From: Spirochaetaceae bacterium
GTDB lineage: Bacteria; Spirochaetota; Spirochaetia; DSM-27196; SLAA01
Direction: 5' to 3'
DNA: 61,638 bases
Assembly: GCA_003552185.1 (NCBI GenBank)
Contig: PUOW01000187.1
Coordinates: 1 to 61,638 of the forward strand
Shown: piece after piece, positions 61,625 to 61,638 of the stretch
Position numbering within the stretch: position 1 is the first letter of the stretch
Layout: every line of letters starts with the position of its first letter
Program-made: the position numbers and the translations under genes
Notes under the pieces: generated by a model
Told to the model about the DNA's origin: nothing
Databases searched by the model: none
The model's input: only the letters and a program-made list of their open reading frames with translations

Positions 61625-61638
61625 GGTGTTGCGCGGGC

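Noticed and set aside
1-61638. Search for mobile elements, prophage, defence islands, toxin-antitoxin pairs, rRNA/tRNA genes
   Set aside because: Every ORF above ~90 aa with coding-like context was assigned to a housekeeping or envelope function or to a conserved-looking hypothetical. No integrase/transposase/recombinase motifs, inverted terminal repeats, tRNA cloverleaves or rRNA signatures were seen.

Overview
GC-rich, very gene-dense core-chromosome segment, with about 55 CDS and roughly three quarters of them on the minus strand. It comes from a diderm bacterium. Several features point to a free-living high-GC member of the Spirochaetia: a ~900-aa GreA with a huge N-terminal extension, a tamB-bamA-skp operon with no tamA, a long divergent Prs, LptF/LptG, and many TPR/coiled-coil envelope proteins. 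This is inference by eye; no search was run. Content is overwhelmingly housekeeping: cmk-rpsA, scpA-scpB-rluB, recA-folK, rpe...dtd, and the rimP-nusA-infB-rbfA-truB-ribF-rpsO-pnp string extended by dut-lptF-lptG. Also present are tgt-murJ, comF, mutS, tmk, yebC-ruvC-ruvA-ruvB-queA, two tandem lepB paralogues, smpB and a tmRNA gene (tag ANEADFALAA). I saw no rRNA, tRNA, CRISPR array, transposase/integrase, prophage or recognisable defence/toxin system, and I cannot point to a clear-cut novel multi-gene system. The most interesting items are listed here. (1) A promoter + strong intrinsic terminator mini-unit lies in the leader of rimP-nusA-infB, preceded by four GCATGCCT repeats. (2) A three-gene TPR/coiled-coil envelope module of unknown function sits between rpe and dtd. 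(3) A two-gene carotenoid tailoring pair (lycopene cyclase + CruF-like hydratase) has an apparently leaderless promoter. (4) Low-complexity extensions occur on core proteins: RGG tail on PNPase, 105-aa Ser/Gly tail on RecA, repeat insertions in QueA and LptF. (5) One signal-peptidase paralogue has Ala at the nucleophile position. (6) folK has its conserved N-terminus upstream of any ATG/GTG/TTG. Several ORF-track N-termini (dut, murJ, lptF, pnp, queA, ruvC, PEGA-FGE gene) look over-extended and were trimmed. Coordinates of non-CDS features were derived by hand and may be off by 1-2 nt.
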